A stretch of DNA of 64,000 nt from Octopus sinensis (Eukaryota), in the NCBI RefSeq assembly GCF_006345805.1, contig NC_043023.1:2666001-2730000 (forward strand), in the 5' to 3' direction. Numbering within the stretch: the stretch's first letter is position 1; every line of letters starts with the position of its first letter. A program made the translations under genes and the position numbers. This document shows positions 12,281 through 24,096 of the stretch, piece by piece. The notes beneath the pieces were generated by a model. The model had not been told where the DNA came from. It ran no database searches and was given only the letters and a program-made list of their open reading frames with translations.

Positions 12281-12815
12281 ATGAGGATAATGATGACAAT
12301 AATGATGGCCGTGATAACGATGATGACAATGACGATTATGATGATGATGATGATAATGATGATGATAACGATGATGGTGATGATGATGATGACAACAACA
12401 ATGGTGATGATGATGACAATGACGATAGTGATGATGATGATGGTGATAACAATGATGATGATGTTGACAACGACGATGATGATGATGACAACAACAATGG
12501 TGATGATGATGATGGCAACAACGATAGTGATGATGAGGATGATGATGATGATGGCAACGACGATAGTGATGATGATGATGATGATGACGATGATGATGAT
12601 GATGGCAACGACGATAGTGATGATGATGATGATGATAATAAAGATGATGATGATGACAACAATGATGATGATGATGACAACGACGATAGTGATGATGATG
12701 ATGATGACGACGATGGTGATGATGATGATGATGATGACAATGATGATAACAATGATGATGATGATGATGATGACAACGACGATGGTGATGATGATGGTGA
12801 TGACAATGATGAAGA
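12280..12815. repeat. (GAT/GAC/AAC)n tract
   Basis: Direct inspection. Confidence 0.95.
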
Positions 12816-13225
12816 TATTTTCCATATCTTCTTATTCTTCCTTTATGCTTTGTTTGAAACAAAATGTCCCTTAATCTGCTGAGGTTGCTGCTTGAAGACT
12901 CTTACAATCTCATTTTCACAATAAACTTCCATAATAATGGCGTTTAATCCACACATTCTTTAGTTTATTTCGAATTGTCTTAGAAATAATTTCATAACAG
13001 ATAAAAATAAACCCTTCTGTGCTGGATTTAATATTACATAATAGCAGATCCTGGAAGAGTTTTCTCTTTTAACTGAGGAATTATCAAAGATAATTTTTGT
13101 GAATTCCAATGTCACAAAGTCTATTTACAGCTTTACCAATTTTTGTCCCCAAAATTCTGCTCTGGAAAGTGGAATTTTTACTGCTTTGTTGTGAAATTAA
13201 ATTCATTGCTGTTTCTTGTTTAAAT

Positions 13226-13609
13226 ACTCTTTTACTTGTTTCAGTCATTTGACTGCAGCCATGCTGGAGCACCGCCTTTAGTCGAGCAAATCGACCCCAG
13301 GACTTATTCTTTGTAAGCCCAGTACTTATTCTATCGGTCTCTTTTGCCGAACCGCTAAGTGACGGGGACGTAAACACACCAGCATTGGTTGTCAAGCAAT
13401 GCTAGGGGGACAAACACAGACACACACATACATATATATATACATATATATGACAGGCTTCTTTCAGTTTCTGTCTACCAAATCCACTCACAAGGCATTG
13501 GTCGGCCCGGGGCTATAGCAGAAGACACTTGCCCAAGATGCCACGCAGTGGGACTGAACCCGGAACCATGTGGTTGGTTAGTAAGCTACTTACCACACAG
13601 CCACTCCTG
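13226..13609 (-). mobile_element. CORE-type SINE, full length
   Basis: Family match head to tail. Confidence 0.92.
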
Positions 13610-13735
13610 TCCATTTTTTTTTCGGTTCTTCCTTGCATGAGATGGAATTTGCTGTAGCAAATTTTCTATGGCTTGATAACGTTCTGGTGGCCTATTCTCA
13701 CCTGTTTCCAAACAAGTTGATAATAATGAATGACC

Positions 13736-14133
13736 AGGCATGTTAGCAGAAATGTTAGCAAGCTGGCCGAAATGCTTAGCGGTATTTCGTCTGCCATTAC
13801 GTTCTGAGTTCAAATTCCGCCGAGGTCGACTTTGCCTTTCATCCTTTCGGGGTCGATAAATTAAGTACCAGTTACACACTGGGGTCAATGTAATTGACTT
13901 AATCCCTTTGTCTGTCCTTGTTTGTCCCCTCTATGTTTAGCCCCTTGTGGGCAGTAAAGAAATACATTATGTTCTGAGTTCAAATTCTGCTGAGGTCAAC
14001 TTTGCCTTTCATCCTTTCAGGGTCGATTAAATAAGTACCAGTTACACACTGGGGTCAATGTAATCGACTTAATCCCTTTGTCTGTCCTTGTTTGTCCCCT
14101 CTACGTTTAGCCCCTTGTGGGAAATAAAGAAAT
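13736..14133 (+). mobile_element. Second SINE family, one copy plus tandem partial duplicate (13966-14133)
   Basis: gttctgagttcaaatt...tttcatcctttcggggtcgataaattaagtacc...agccccttgtggg present twice. Confidence 0.85.
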
Positions 14134-14522
14134 AAGGGGTGAAAGGAGAAATATGATGGTTGTGTTGTACTGAGATGGGAGGTGAGAGAAAGAAAAGAGG
14201 TAGTGAAGGGTAGAGAGGAAGGTGGGTAGATAGAAAGAAAAAAATACTGAAGTTGATATTGCTGAACGACCAGGCATGTTTTCATGGAAGATTGAACATG
14301 AATAACAATGCTTGTATAACAGTGGCACTCATTTACATCCATTGTGCTATTTTCAAAACTAAAAGACACCAGTACACATATATATACATATGGGAATATA
14401 TATGTATGCACATGTATATATAATCAATTGCAATCCAGGAAAATTGAGAAGCAAATAAGATTTACCTCTGAGTTTACAGCTGTTTCATAATTTGCTTCCT
14501 GTTACATCATGTACTCCAATTA

Positions 14523-14916
14523 GGAGTGGCTGTGTGGTAAGTAGCTTGCTTACAAACCACATGGTTCCAGGTTCAGTCCCACTGCATGGTACCTTGGACA
14601 AGTGTATTCTACTATAGCCTCGGGCCGACCAAAGCCTTGTGAGTGGATTTGGTAGACAGAAACAGAAAGAAGCCTGTCGTATATATGTATATATATATGT
14701 GTGTGTGTTTGTGTGTCTATGTTTGTCTCACAACATCGCTTGACAACCAATGCTGGTGTGTTTACGTCCCTGTAACTTAGCGTTTCGGCAAAAGAGACCG
14801 ATAGAATAGGTATTAGGCTTACAGAGAATAAGTCCTGGGGTCGATTTGCTTGACTAAAGGCAGTGCTCCAGCATGGCCACAGTCAAATGACTGAAACAAG
14901 TAAAAGAGTAAAAGAG
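14523..14916 (+). mobile_element. CORE-type SINE, full length
   Basis: Family match. Confidence 0.92.
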
Positions 14917-15089
14917 AGTATAGTACCATTACACAAATTCCATTTCCACCAGAACACTAATCTTAAGGACACAAACATTTCCCACAAACTTTTCCAGAAT
15001 ATTCTTACTGACTTGCACCCTGACCACCCCAGTGGCGACATCTTAGTACCAAGGAACATAACTCTTAACTCAGTCTCCTCATTTCATAT

Positions 15090-15508
15090 ACTCTTTACTC
15101 TTACTCTTTTACTTGTTTCAGTCATTTGACTGCGGCCATGCTGGAGCACCGCCTTTAGTCGAGCAAATCGACCCCGGGATTTATTCTTTGTAAGCGCAGT
15201 ACTTTTTCTATCGGTCTCTTTTTTGCCAAACCGCTAAGTGACGGGGACGTAAACACACCAGCATCGGTCGTCAAGCAATGCTAGGGGGACAAACACAGAC
15301 ACACAAACATATACACACACACTTATATATATATATACATATATACGACAGGCTTCTTTCAGTTTCCGTCTACCAAATCCACTCACAAGGCATTGGTCGG
15401 CCCGAGGCTATAGCAGAAGACACTTGCCCAAGATGCCACGCAGTGGGACTGAACCCGGAACCATGTGGTTTGTTAGCAAGCTACTTACCACACAGCCACT
15501 CCTGCGCC
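15090..15508 (-). mobile_element. CORE-type SINE, full length
   Basis: Family match. Confidence 0.92.
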
Positions 15509-15779
15509 TATATCATCATCTTTTTCACACCAACTGCAAACCAGATGTATTTATTCATATCAATTGCTATACTTTGTCCATATTGGCTACATCTCACATG
15601 TCCTTCCCTCATCAATTATCGTTCAGAAATCATCACAATTTCATCTCTCTAATGATAAGATTGTTCATTTTGATGGCATCAACAGCAAAGTGCTGCTGGG
15701 AATTAATGAGAGAAACATAGAGGATGGAGATGACAAACAAAATGGTAAACAACAATGGAATATGAAAAGACATTTCAGA

Positions 15780-15927
15780 AAATGGCACAAGTTTGTTGTT
15801 GTTGTTGGCATCCTTTTTGTCTCGGGAGACAATGGAATTTCACATAAAATAATCCAGTCCGGCTTTTACATTTCATGTCTGAATACATTTCCTGCTGTGG
15901 CTGTGTAGTCCCATCCTGGACAAACAT
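15780..15927 (-). mobile_element. RTE LINE 3' end with (CAA)n tail
   Basis: Homologous to 16140-16277; (TTG)n at about 15781-15795. Confidence 0.7.
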
Positions 15928-16093
15928 TCCCTCTGGCCCTTTGAAATACAGGTACTACTCATTTTTGCCAGCTGAGTGAACTGGAGCAACATATAAAAGA
16001 GTATCTTGCTCAAGGACACAATGCACTGCCATGAATTGAACTCATGACCTTTCAATTGGGAACCAAATACCCTAACCACTAAACCACGTGCCT
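15928..16093 (-). mobile_element. tRNA-derived SINE fragment (third family)
   Basis: Minus strand tRNA-like head aggcacgtggtttagtggttaggg...gagttcaattc; shares cagctgagtgaactggagcaac with 16672-16935. Confidence 0.7.
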
Positions 16094-16139
16094 ATATATT
16101 GTTGTATTTCGGGGTGGTCATTTTTTTGCAAATAAACAT

Positions 16140-16670
16140 GTTTTTGGCATCCTTTTGTCTCGGGAGACAATGGAGTTGCGCATAAAATAATCCAATCTGG
16201 TTTTTTCATTTCATGTCATTTACATCTCTTGCTATGGCTGTGTAGTCCTATACTGAACAAAGACTCCCTCTGGCAGGTACCGCAAATGTAGCGAAGACTT
16301 TGCCTGGCTGGTTTTACTGAAGGGTCCTCTCTAGTTTTGCACAGGCCTGGGCTAGATCTAAGAAAATCCTGGGTAGCCCAATCGTCAGGATTCCTCTCTT
16401 GACCTTGCTGACGTAGTCCAAAGGAGTGCAGAGCATTATGTTTGGTATCAGTTTGGTTGCAGGAGCTGCCAGAAGAATGTTGAGTCAAACACTAAACCAC
16501 CTACGGTGCTCCACTCTGGATTTCTTTGAAGGTTGTCTCGTTTCTGTAACCCTGGATAGGGGCCCATACCAGGTACTGTCAGCTGAGCCTGGAACTCGTG
16601 TCAGGCAGGGTCATCACTCCCTGAAGTAGTGAAGATAATCACTACCCACTACCTTTAAGTTGTTAGTTGC
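16140..16670 (-). mobile_element. Internally deleted RTE element: 5' UTR fused to terminal zinc-finger codons and 3' UTR
   Basis: ORF 16216..16488 ends CGTCQRESLFSIGLHSHSKRC; upstream part shares motifs (ggcagctcctgca, gagtggagc) with 60109-60460. Confidence 0.6.
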
Positions 16671-16671
16671 T

Positions 16672-16935
16672 GAGACCCCCTTTGGTCATGACTGACCATG
16701 GGATTGCACCTAGAAAGTTACCCTCCCAGGCACAAGTCCGAGCAAGGTTGTTTATGGAAGACCAGCAGTCGCCCATGCATACCAGCTTCCCCTCTCCACT
16801 TCACCAGTGTTATCCAAGGGAAAGGCAAAGGGGCCGATACAGCTTGGCACCATTGATGTCGCAATCCATTTCTACAGCTGAATGAATGGGAGCAATGTGA
16901 AATAAAGTGTCTTGCTCAAGAACACAACACACAAC
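16672..16935 (-). mobile_element. Third SINE family, 3' part
   Basis: gagaccccctttggtcatgactgaccatgggattgcacctagaaag end also at about 58403-58490. Confidence 0.75.
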
Positions 16936-16989
16936 AAGGTGTCCTGTAACCCTTTAGCTTTCAAATTGTTCCCTCAAATGCAATGCTTA

Positions 16990-17620
16990 TTTATTCACAT
17001 TAAGACCCAGCAATCCAAGTGAGACCATAACCTCGTGGCCTATGCCACGGGTGTAACCAGCCCACTTATGCGTACCTTTCCTTCATTGGTCGCTGAACTC
17101 TGCTTGCGAAGATCTGTTGAGGCAAGTGAAATCAAAATCAAAATTCGATAACTGGTGTCTGTGCTAGTAGAGCACTAAGAGCACCATCTGAGCGTGATCA
17201 TTGCCAAAGCAGCTGTTTGCGCCTTCTGTGCCAGTGGCATGTAAAAAGCACCATTTGAGCATGATTGTTACCTGCGTCGCCTTACTAGTACTCGTGCTGG
17301 TGGCAGGTGAAAAAACATTCGAGGGAGGTCGTTGCCAGTGCCACTGGAATGGCACCTGTGCAGGTGGCACATTATAAGCACCATTTGAGTGTGGCTGTTG
17401 CCAGTACTGCCTGACTGGCCCTCGTGCTGGTGTCATAAAAGCACCCACTACACTCTTGGAATGGTTGGCGTTAGGAAGGGCATCCAGCTGTAGAAACTCT
17501 GCCAGATCAGATTGGAGCCTGGGTGTGCCATCTGGTTCGCCATACCTCAGTCAAATCATCCAACCCATGCCAGCATGGAAAGCGAACATTAAATGATGTT
17601 GATGATGATGATGATGATGA
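16990..17620 (+). mobile_element. Non-coding element ending in the RTE 3' UTR and (GAT)n tail
   Basis: ggaagggcatccagctgtagaaac...ccaacccatgccagcatgg...(gat)n shared with 343-620; 5' part also at 8937-9165. Confidence 0.75.
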
Positions 17621-17982
17621 TTTTGAATCAATCTCATAACTTTGTGATTTCAGTGATGTGACTTTTTATTTTTAGGGTAGATGAGAGGGACCAGATCTGT
17701 CCAGTTTGAACCTAAAACAGGTAGAATGTTTAGACCAGATCTGGTCAGTTTAAATGCTAAAAGGTTGAAAAGAATTATAGAAACACTGATTGTGAGAAAA
17801 AAACTCTAAAAAACTGTAAAAACAAGCAAAGTAAAAAGCTGTGAGAAGGGTTTCATTAGAAACTAACTCTTCAGATTTAAGTTCCTGAACCATTTCGGTA
17901 CCATGCAGTGGGACTGAACTGGGTACCATGAGGTTAAGAAGCAAATTTCTTAACCATGTAACCTATAAAAATGCATCAAATT

Positions 17983-18391
17983 TACTCTTTACTCTTTTAC
18001 TCTTTTACTTGTTTCAGTCATTTGACTGCGGCCATGCTGGAGCACCGCCTTTAGTCGAGCAAATCGACCCCGGGACTTATTCTTTGTAAGCCCAGTACTT
18101 ATTCTATAGGTCTCTTTTTGCCGAACCGCTAAGTTACGGGGACGTAAACACACCAGCATCGGTTGTCAAGCAATGCTAGGGGGACAAACACACACACACA
18201 CATACATATATATAGATATACATATATACGACAGGTTTCTTTCAGTTTCCGTCTACCAAATCCACTCACAAGGCATTGGTCGGCCCAGGGCTATAGCAGA
18301 AGACACTTACCCAAGATGCCACGCAGTGGGACTGAACCCGGAACCATGTGGTTGGTTAGCAAGCTACTTACCACACAGCCACTCCTGCACC
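17983..18391 (-). mobile_element. CORE-type SINE, full length
   Basis: Family match. Confidence 0.92.
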
Positions 18392-18404
18392 TAATATCTA
18401 TAAG

Positions 18405-19120
18405 TTTTCTCTCTCTTTTACCTCTCTATTTCTCTCAATATCCCCTTCTTCTCTCATTCTTCTTCTCACTCTCCCTCGTCTTTTCTCTCTTCCTCTCTCA
18501 CTCACTAATCATCTCTCTCTCTGCTCTCTTTCCTCTGTCTCTGCTCTCTTTCCTCTCTCTCTCTTACTTTCTATCTCCCTATCCCCTCCTCTTTCCTCTT
18601 CTTCCACCCTGTCTCATTCTCCCCCTCTCTCTCTTTCTTTCTCTTTCTTCTTCCTTCTCTCACCCATTTATTTCTCTCACTCTTCTCCACTCTCTTCCCA
18701 TCCCTCACTCACTCTTCTTCTCTCCCTCTCTCTTTCTTACTTTCCATCTCTCTATCCTCTCCTCTTCCCTCCCTCAGTCTCCTCCCTCTCTCTCTTTCTC
18801 TCTCTTTCTTCTCCCTTCTCTCACCCACTTATTTCTCTCTCACTACTCTCCTCTCTCCTCCTCTCCCTCACTCACTCTCCTTCTCTCTCATTCTCCAATT
18901 CCTCTCTCTCTCTCTTCCTCACTCTTTTACACTTTCTCTCTCCCACTCCAAACCCATGACCATCACCATCTGCCTCACCTTTCCAACTGCCACCTCTTCT
19001 TTCTTTGACTAACCCCCTCTCTCTCTCCCTCCATCTAAACCTCTCTGCTTCTTACTCTCCATTCCTCCCCTCCATCACTCACATCCTCCTCCCTTCTCAC
19101 ACTTCCTATTCACTTTCTCC
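18405..19120. repeat. CT-rich low-complexity tract
   Basis: Direct inspection. Confidence 0.9.
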
Positions 19121-19374
19121 GTTGCTATAGTTACAGAATTTCATACCCCCTTGACTGTGTGATTCAATTCCGACATCTTAGGGCTAAGAACCCCCCACCT
19201 GCTGCGGAGCATAAAAATAACTTTTATGGACCTTATTTATTCATATTCAGAGATGACAACAACAGCAACAACAACAACAACATCAATAATAATAATAATA
19301 ATAATAATCTTGCCTCAAGTGGAACAAATATAACCCTAATATGGATAACTTGTAAACATAAACATTGATTGTCT

Positions 19375-19411
<37 letters not shown>

Positions 19412-19917
19412 ATTGTGTGTTGTGTGTTGTGTGTTGTGTGTATATACATATATATGTATGTGTGTGTGTTTAGATATATCATCATCATCATTATTTAACA
19501 TCTATTTTCCATACTGGGATGGGTTGGACTATATCATATATATATATATATATATATACATATACATACATATATACATAATTTACTATGTATATTAATA
19601 CATATGTACACATACATACATGCACATGCATACATATATCAATATATATATATGCACATACATACATACACACGCACAAATAAATATATATATATATATA
19701 TATATTATGTGAAATAGAAAGATGAATAATCTTGTAGTAGATTAATCAAAAGTTTAACCGATACCTTAGTAGCAAAAATCACAGCAGTAAACAGCACGGT
19801 TGGAGGTACAACCATATGGTGTTGCAACCGTGCGTTGGTGCGGATAATTGAAATTAAAATATTATTGGTGAATTGAAGAAATGGAGCTGAACGCAGATTG
19901 AACAGAAATCGTTTTAT

Positions 19918-20004
19918 TTCATTCTACACGTGTTTCGAAAGGCACAAATTACCAAAATCCGATTGAATAATGGGACCATATTGTGTCTTTCTCTTCAGGA
20001 AGAA
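19918..20004 (-). ncRNA. Type I hammerhead ribozyme (left arm)
   Basis: Mirror of 20055-20140; 11-bp stem II with one A.C mismatch. Confidence 0.87.
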
Positions 20005-20054
20005 AAAAGGAAATCCGTTGGAAAAACAAACGGATTTCCAACGGATTTCCTTTT

Positions 20055-20140
20055 TTCTTCCTGAAGAGAAAGACACAATATGGTCCCATTATTCAATCGG
20101 ATTTTGGTAATTTGTGCTTTCGAAACACGTGTAGAATGAA
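20055..20140 (+). ncRNA. Type I hammerhead ribozyme (right arm)
   Basis: TTCTTC CTGAAGA GAAAGACACAA...TTGTGCTTTC GAAAC ACGT GTA GAA T GAA; G10.1-C11.1; palindromic ACACGTGT; GUA site after 20133. Confidence 0.87.
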
Positions 20141-20188
20141 ATAAAACGATTTCTGTTCAATCTGCGTTCAGCTCCATTTCTTCAATTC

Positions 20189-20247
<59 letters not shown>

Positions 20248-20514
20248 TACATATATATATGTGTATATATATATATATATATACACATATATGTATATAC
20301 ATATATATATATATATATATATGTAAGGTAGTGATGCAAAAGGAAAATAGGATTCAAAGCATTAGAATATAAGCATCTTTATTAATCATCGAACTGACAG
20401 AGTGACTCAAAAGTCCAGAGTTTCGTGCATGACAGTTGTCTCACTTGGGTCATTTTTGTAACTTCTCAGTCAGTCACAATAAAAAATATATTTGTATATA
20501 TGTACGTACGTATG

Positions 20515-21870
20515 TCATTATTCAGTTTTATTTCAACATTTCTTTCCAAAAGAGAAAGACCTGGTTTCTAACCTTGATCCAAGGCTCCTTCATTGGAAAT
20601 TTCAATGACACCAATGGGGTAGTTTTGCATGTATGTATGTATATATGCATGTGCAGATTTGTATGTATTCTCATGCATATAGTTGCATATCTAGACATGT
20701 GCATATATATATACTTAAATGATAAACTTCTGGAAAGTTTTACAGATTTTTACAGTTCCAGTGATGGCTGTAATCTCTGTCATCATTCAGTTTTATTTCA
20801 AGGTTTTTTTGACACTAGAGAAAGAGCTGGTTTCTAACCTGGATCCAAGATTCCTTCATTGGAAATTTCAATGACACCAATGGGGTAGTTTTGCATGTAT
20901 GTATGTATATATGCATGTGCAGATTTGTATGTATTCTCATGCATATAGTTGCATATCTAGACATGTGCATATATATATACTTAAATGATAAACTTCTGGA
21001 AAGTTTTACAGATTTTTACAGTTCCAGTGATGGCTGTAATCTCTGTCATCATTCAGTTTTATTTCAAGGTTTTTTTGACACTAGAGAAAGAGCTGGTTTC
21101 TAACCTGGATCCAAGATTCCTTCATTGGAAATTTCAATGACACCAATGGGGTAGTTTTGCATGTATGTATGTATATATGCATGTGCAGATTTGTATGTAT
21201 TCTCATGCATATAGTTGCATATCTAGACATGTGCATATATATATATATATATACTTAAATGATAAACTTCTGGAAAGTTTTACAGATTTTTACAGTTCCA
21301 GTGATGGCTGTAATCTCTGTCATCATTCAGTTTTATTTCAAGGTTTTTTTGACACTAGAGAAAGAGCTGGTTTCTAACCTGGATCCAAGATTCCTTCATT
21401 GGAATTTCAACATCAACAACAGAGTATTTTTGCATTTATGTGTGTATATGTGCAATATTTAGAGTCACTGCATATGCAGATTTGTATGTTTTGTTTTATG
21501 CATGTATTCTCATGCGTATAGTTGCATATCTAGACATGTGCATATATATATATATATATACTTAAATGACAAACTTCTGGAAAGTTTTACAGATTTATAC
21601 AGTTCCAATGATCGCTTGAGTCTCTGTATGTAATCATTCAGTTTTATATCAAAATTTTTTTTCCCATTAGAGAAACAGCTGGTTTCTAACCTTGATCCAA
21701 GTTTCCTTCATTGGAATTTCAACAATATGAACAGAGTATTTTTGTATGTATGTATTCTCATGCATATAGTTGTATATCTAGCACAGATTCTCTTTACACA
21801 GCATCATCTCATATATATTTAAATGATAAACTTCTGGAAAGTTTTACAGATTTATACAGTTCCACTGATG
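20515..21870 (-). repeat. Five head-to-tail copies (about 260-310 bp) of an RLE-LINE 3' end
   Basis: cttaaatgataaacttctgg recurs at 20714, 20980, 21254, 21561 and about 21818; it is the ORF terminus of the adjacent LINE. Confidence 0.85.
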
Positions 21871-22215
21871 ACTTGGATCTGTAGTCTTTGAATCAGCTTT
21901 CTTGTTTCTGGTTTTGAGAAGCCCAATTTCTCAAGATTGGTATTTAGGTAGTGTGTTACATATCCCAGAGCCCTAATAATCACATGTATAAACCTGAACT
22001 TGTAATCTGGATAGAGTAACTGCAGATTTCTTAATTGTTCAACATAGGTATTTTCCTTTCTGCTGATCTCTTTAGCCTTATGCTAACATCTGATAAGCAA
22101 TTAATTTCCACAACTGTACACAGTTTCTCTTCTCTGTCCCAAATCATATATCAGGTCTGTTATGCTTACAGCTTATTGAAGTTTCCACTGGGACATTCCA
22201 ACAGCTAGCATATAT
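21819..22215 (-). pseudogene. Non-LTR retrotransposon restriction-like endonuclease remnant
   Basis: WNVPVETSISCKHNRPDI..WDREEKLCTVVEI...LRNLQLLYPDYKFRFIHVIIRALGYV...CKTFQKFII* with frameshifts. Confidence 0.8.
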
Positions 22216-23130
22216 GTACAGCATCAAAGACAAAACATGGAGAACATGGTACAAAATTACAAATAAATTACAAATTACAAGAAAATAACAACAGGTGTCT
22301 TTCGACTGAGAACGAATCAAAACTGAGGTTCCTTTCAGTTTCTGTCCGTTAAATCCACTCAAATGGTTTTAGTTAACCCAGAGCTATAATAGCAGACACC
22401 CACTCAAGGTGCCACACGGTGGAAATGAACTTGGAACCATACAATTGGGAAGTAAACTTCTTACTGCACAGCCACACCTGAACCTTAATATGAATTTATA
22501 AATCTTCAGGATATTGTTTCATTTTGCCAAATATTTTAATTGTATGTGTGATTTGAACACACAAATGCTGAATAACAGACCTTCCCCACTTCTATCTCTC
22601 TCCCTCTCATGCACTGGTTCAGGAACAAAATTTGCTTAGCGGGTTCAAACCCACACCCAAGAACTTTTACAAATAAGGTAATTCGTTTTTATTTATTTAT
22701 TTATTTATTTATGTTCTTTTTTTCTTTGAGAAGAAACCTAATTCAAGGAACTGAAAGAAGCCCATCATATATGATATATGTGTGTGTGTGTGTTGTATGT
22801 TTGTGTGTCTGTGTTTGCCCCTCCCCCCCACCATCACTTGACAACCGATGTTGGTGTGTTCACATCCCCATAACTTAGCGGTTCAGTAAAAGAGACTGAT
22901 AGAATAAGTACTAGGCTTACAAAGAATAAATCCTGGGACCGATTTGTTCGACTAAATGCGGTGCTCCAGCATGGCTGCAGTCAAATGACTGAAACAAATA
23001 AAAGAATAAAAGAATATATTATATATATATATATATAAAATATTATTAGAGACAAAACCACTATTTTGCAAAACAAACAAGGAAAGACTTAATCAATACA
23101 TAAAATTTTAATAAATAGTCAAAAAAAACG

Positions 23131-23172
23131 CCACTACAATTGTTTCTTGTCTGATCGACAATCTTCAGGTGG
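23131..23172 (-). ncRNA. Minimal type I hammerhead ribozyme (intact copy)
   Basis: CCAC CTGAAGA TTGTC gatca GACAA GAAAC AATT GTA GTGG; palindromic ACAATTGT. Confidence 0.8.
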
Positions 23173-23236
23173 ACTTCCAATCTCATTCAGGAATAGCAAA
23201 ATCCTTTCTTTTGCTATTCCTGAATGAGATGGAAGT

Positions 23237-23278
23237 CCACCTGAAGATTGTCGATCAAGACAAGAAACAATTGAGTGG
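23237..23278 (+). ncRNA. Hammerhead copy with deleted cleavage-site U (probably inactive)
   Basis: Same fold but GAAACAATT GA GTGG. Confidence 0.6.
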
Positions 23279-23450
23279 CGGTTTTTTTGACTATTTATTA
23301 AAATTTTATGTATTGATTAAGTCTTTCCTTGTTTGTTTTGCAAAATAGTGGTTTTGTCTCTAATAATATTTTATAATATTTTACTATAAAATTGGATTTA
23401 ATCCTAAATCTGATTTTTTCCTGTAAATTGGATTTATTCCTAATATTTAT

Positions 23451-23495
<45 letters not shown>

Positions 23496-23649
23496 ACACA
23501 CCACACACACAACACACACACACACATATACACACACATATATATATACACTACTTATAAACAAGGGCAAAAGAAAAAAATTTCTAATGCCATATATGCC
23601 GAAAACAGACATCGTCAATAACCATATAATCTATCACATATATATATAT

Positions 23650-23702
<53 letters not shown>

Positions 23703-23704
<2 letters not shown>

Positions 23705-24096
23705 TGCAGGAGTGGCTGTGTGGTAAGTAGCTTGCTTACCAACCACATGGTTCTCGGTTCAGTCCACTGCATGGCACCTTGGGCAAGTGTCTTCTACTAT
23801 AGCCTCGGGCCAACCAAAGCCTTGTGAGTGGATTTGGTAGATGGAAGCTGAAAGAAGCTTGTCGTAAATATGTATATATATGTGTGTATATGTTTGTGTG
23901 TCTGTGTTTGTCCTCTCAACATCGCTTGACAACCAATGTTGGTGTGTTTACGTTCCCATAACTTAGTGGTTTGGCAAAAGAGGCCAATAGAATAAGTATT
24001 TGGCTTACAAAGCATAAGTCCTGGGGGGTCGATTTCCTCGACTAAAGGCGGTGCTCCAGCATGGCTGCAGTCAAATGACTGCAACAAGTAAAAGAG
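23703..24096 (+). mobile_element. CORE-type SINE, full length
   Basis: Family match. Confidence 0.92.

Larger units (their letters stand above)
19868..20190. repeat. Near-perfect inverted repeat, about 156-bp arms, 10-nt spacer; PLE pseudo-LTR-like
   Basis: Arms 19868-20024 / 20035-20190 differ by a 1-nt indel; left arm extends to about 19706; (TA)n flanks. Confidence 0.93.
23034..23375. repeat. Near-perfect inverted repeat, about 167-bp arms, 7-nt spacer; PLE pseudo-LTR-like
   Basis: Arms 23034-23201 / 23209-23375 with a few indels; right arm extends to about 23455, then (TA)n. Confidence 0.92.

Noticed and set aside
12040-12882. 280-aa Asp-rich ORF
   Set aside because: Chance fusion of a transposase remnant with a GAT/GAC microsatellite.
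15627-15744. Possible host exon (ttcag...G/gtaaac, open frame KSSQFHLSNDKIVHFDG...)
   Set aside because: No recognisable protein similarity and no partner exons; the splice signals could be chance.
17040-17135. Possible HDV-like fold in the RTE-tailed element
   Set aside because: L3 too long and P2 only 3 bp if the catalytic C is kept.
20385-20480. Minus-strand GTGAC-TGACTGAG...GAAAC...GAGTCAC
   Set aside because: The core needs an insertion and no register gives both stem I pairing and an NUH site; kept only as a possible variant.
21863-21905. CTGATGA followed by a GAATCAGCT look-alike of a hammerhead
   Set aside because: It is the antisense of the RLE-LINE coding end (QVISGTV), and GAAA and the cleavage triplet are absent.
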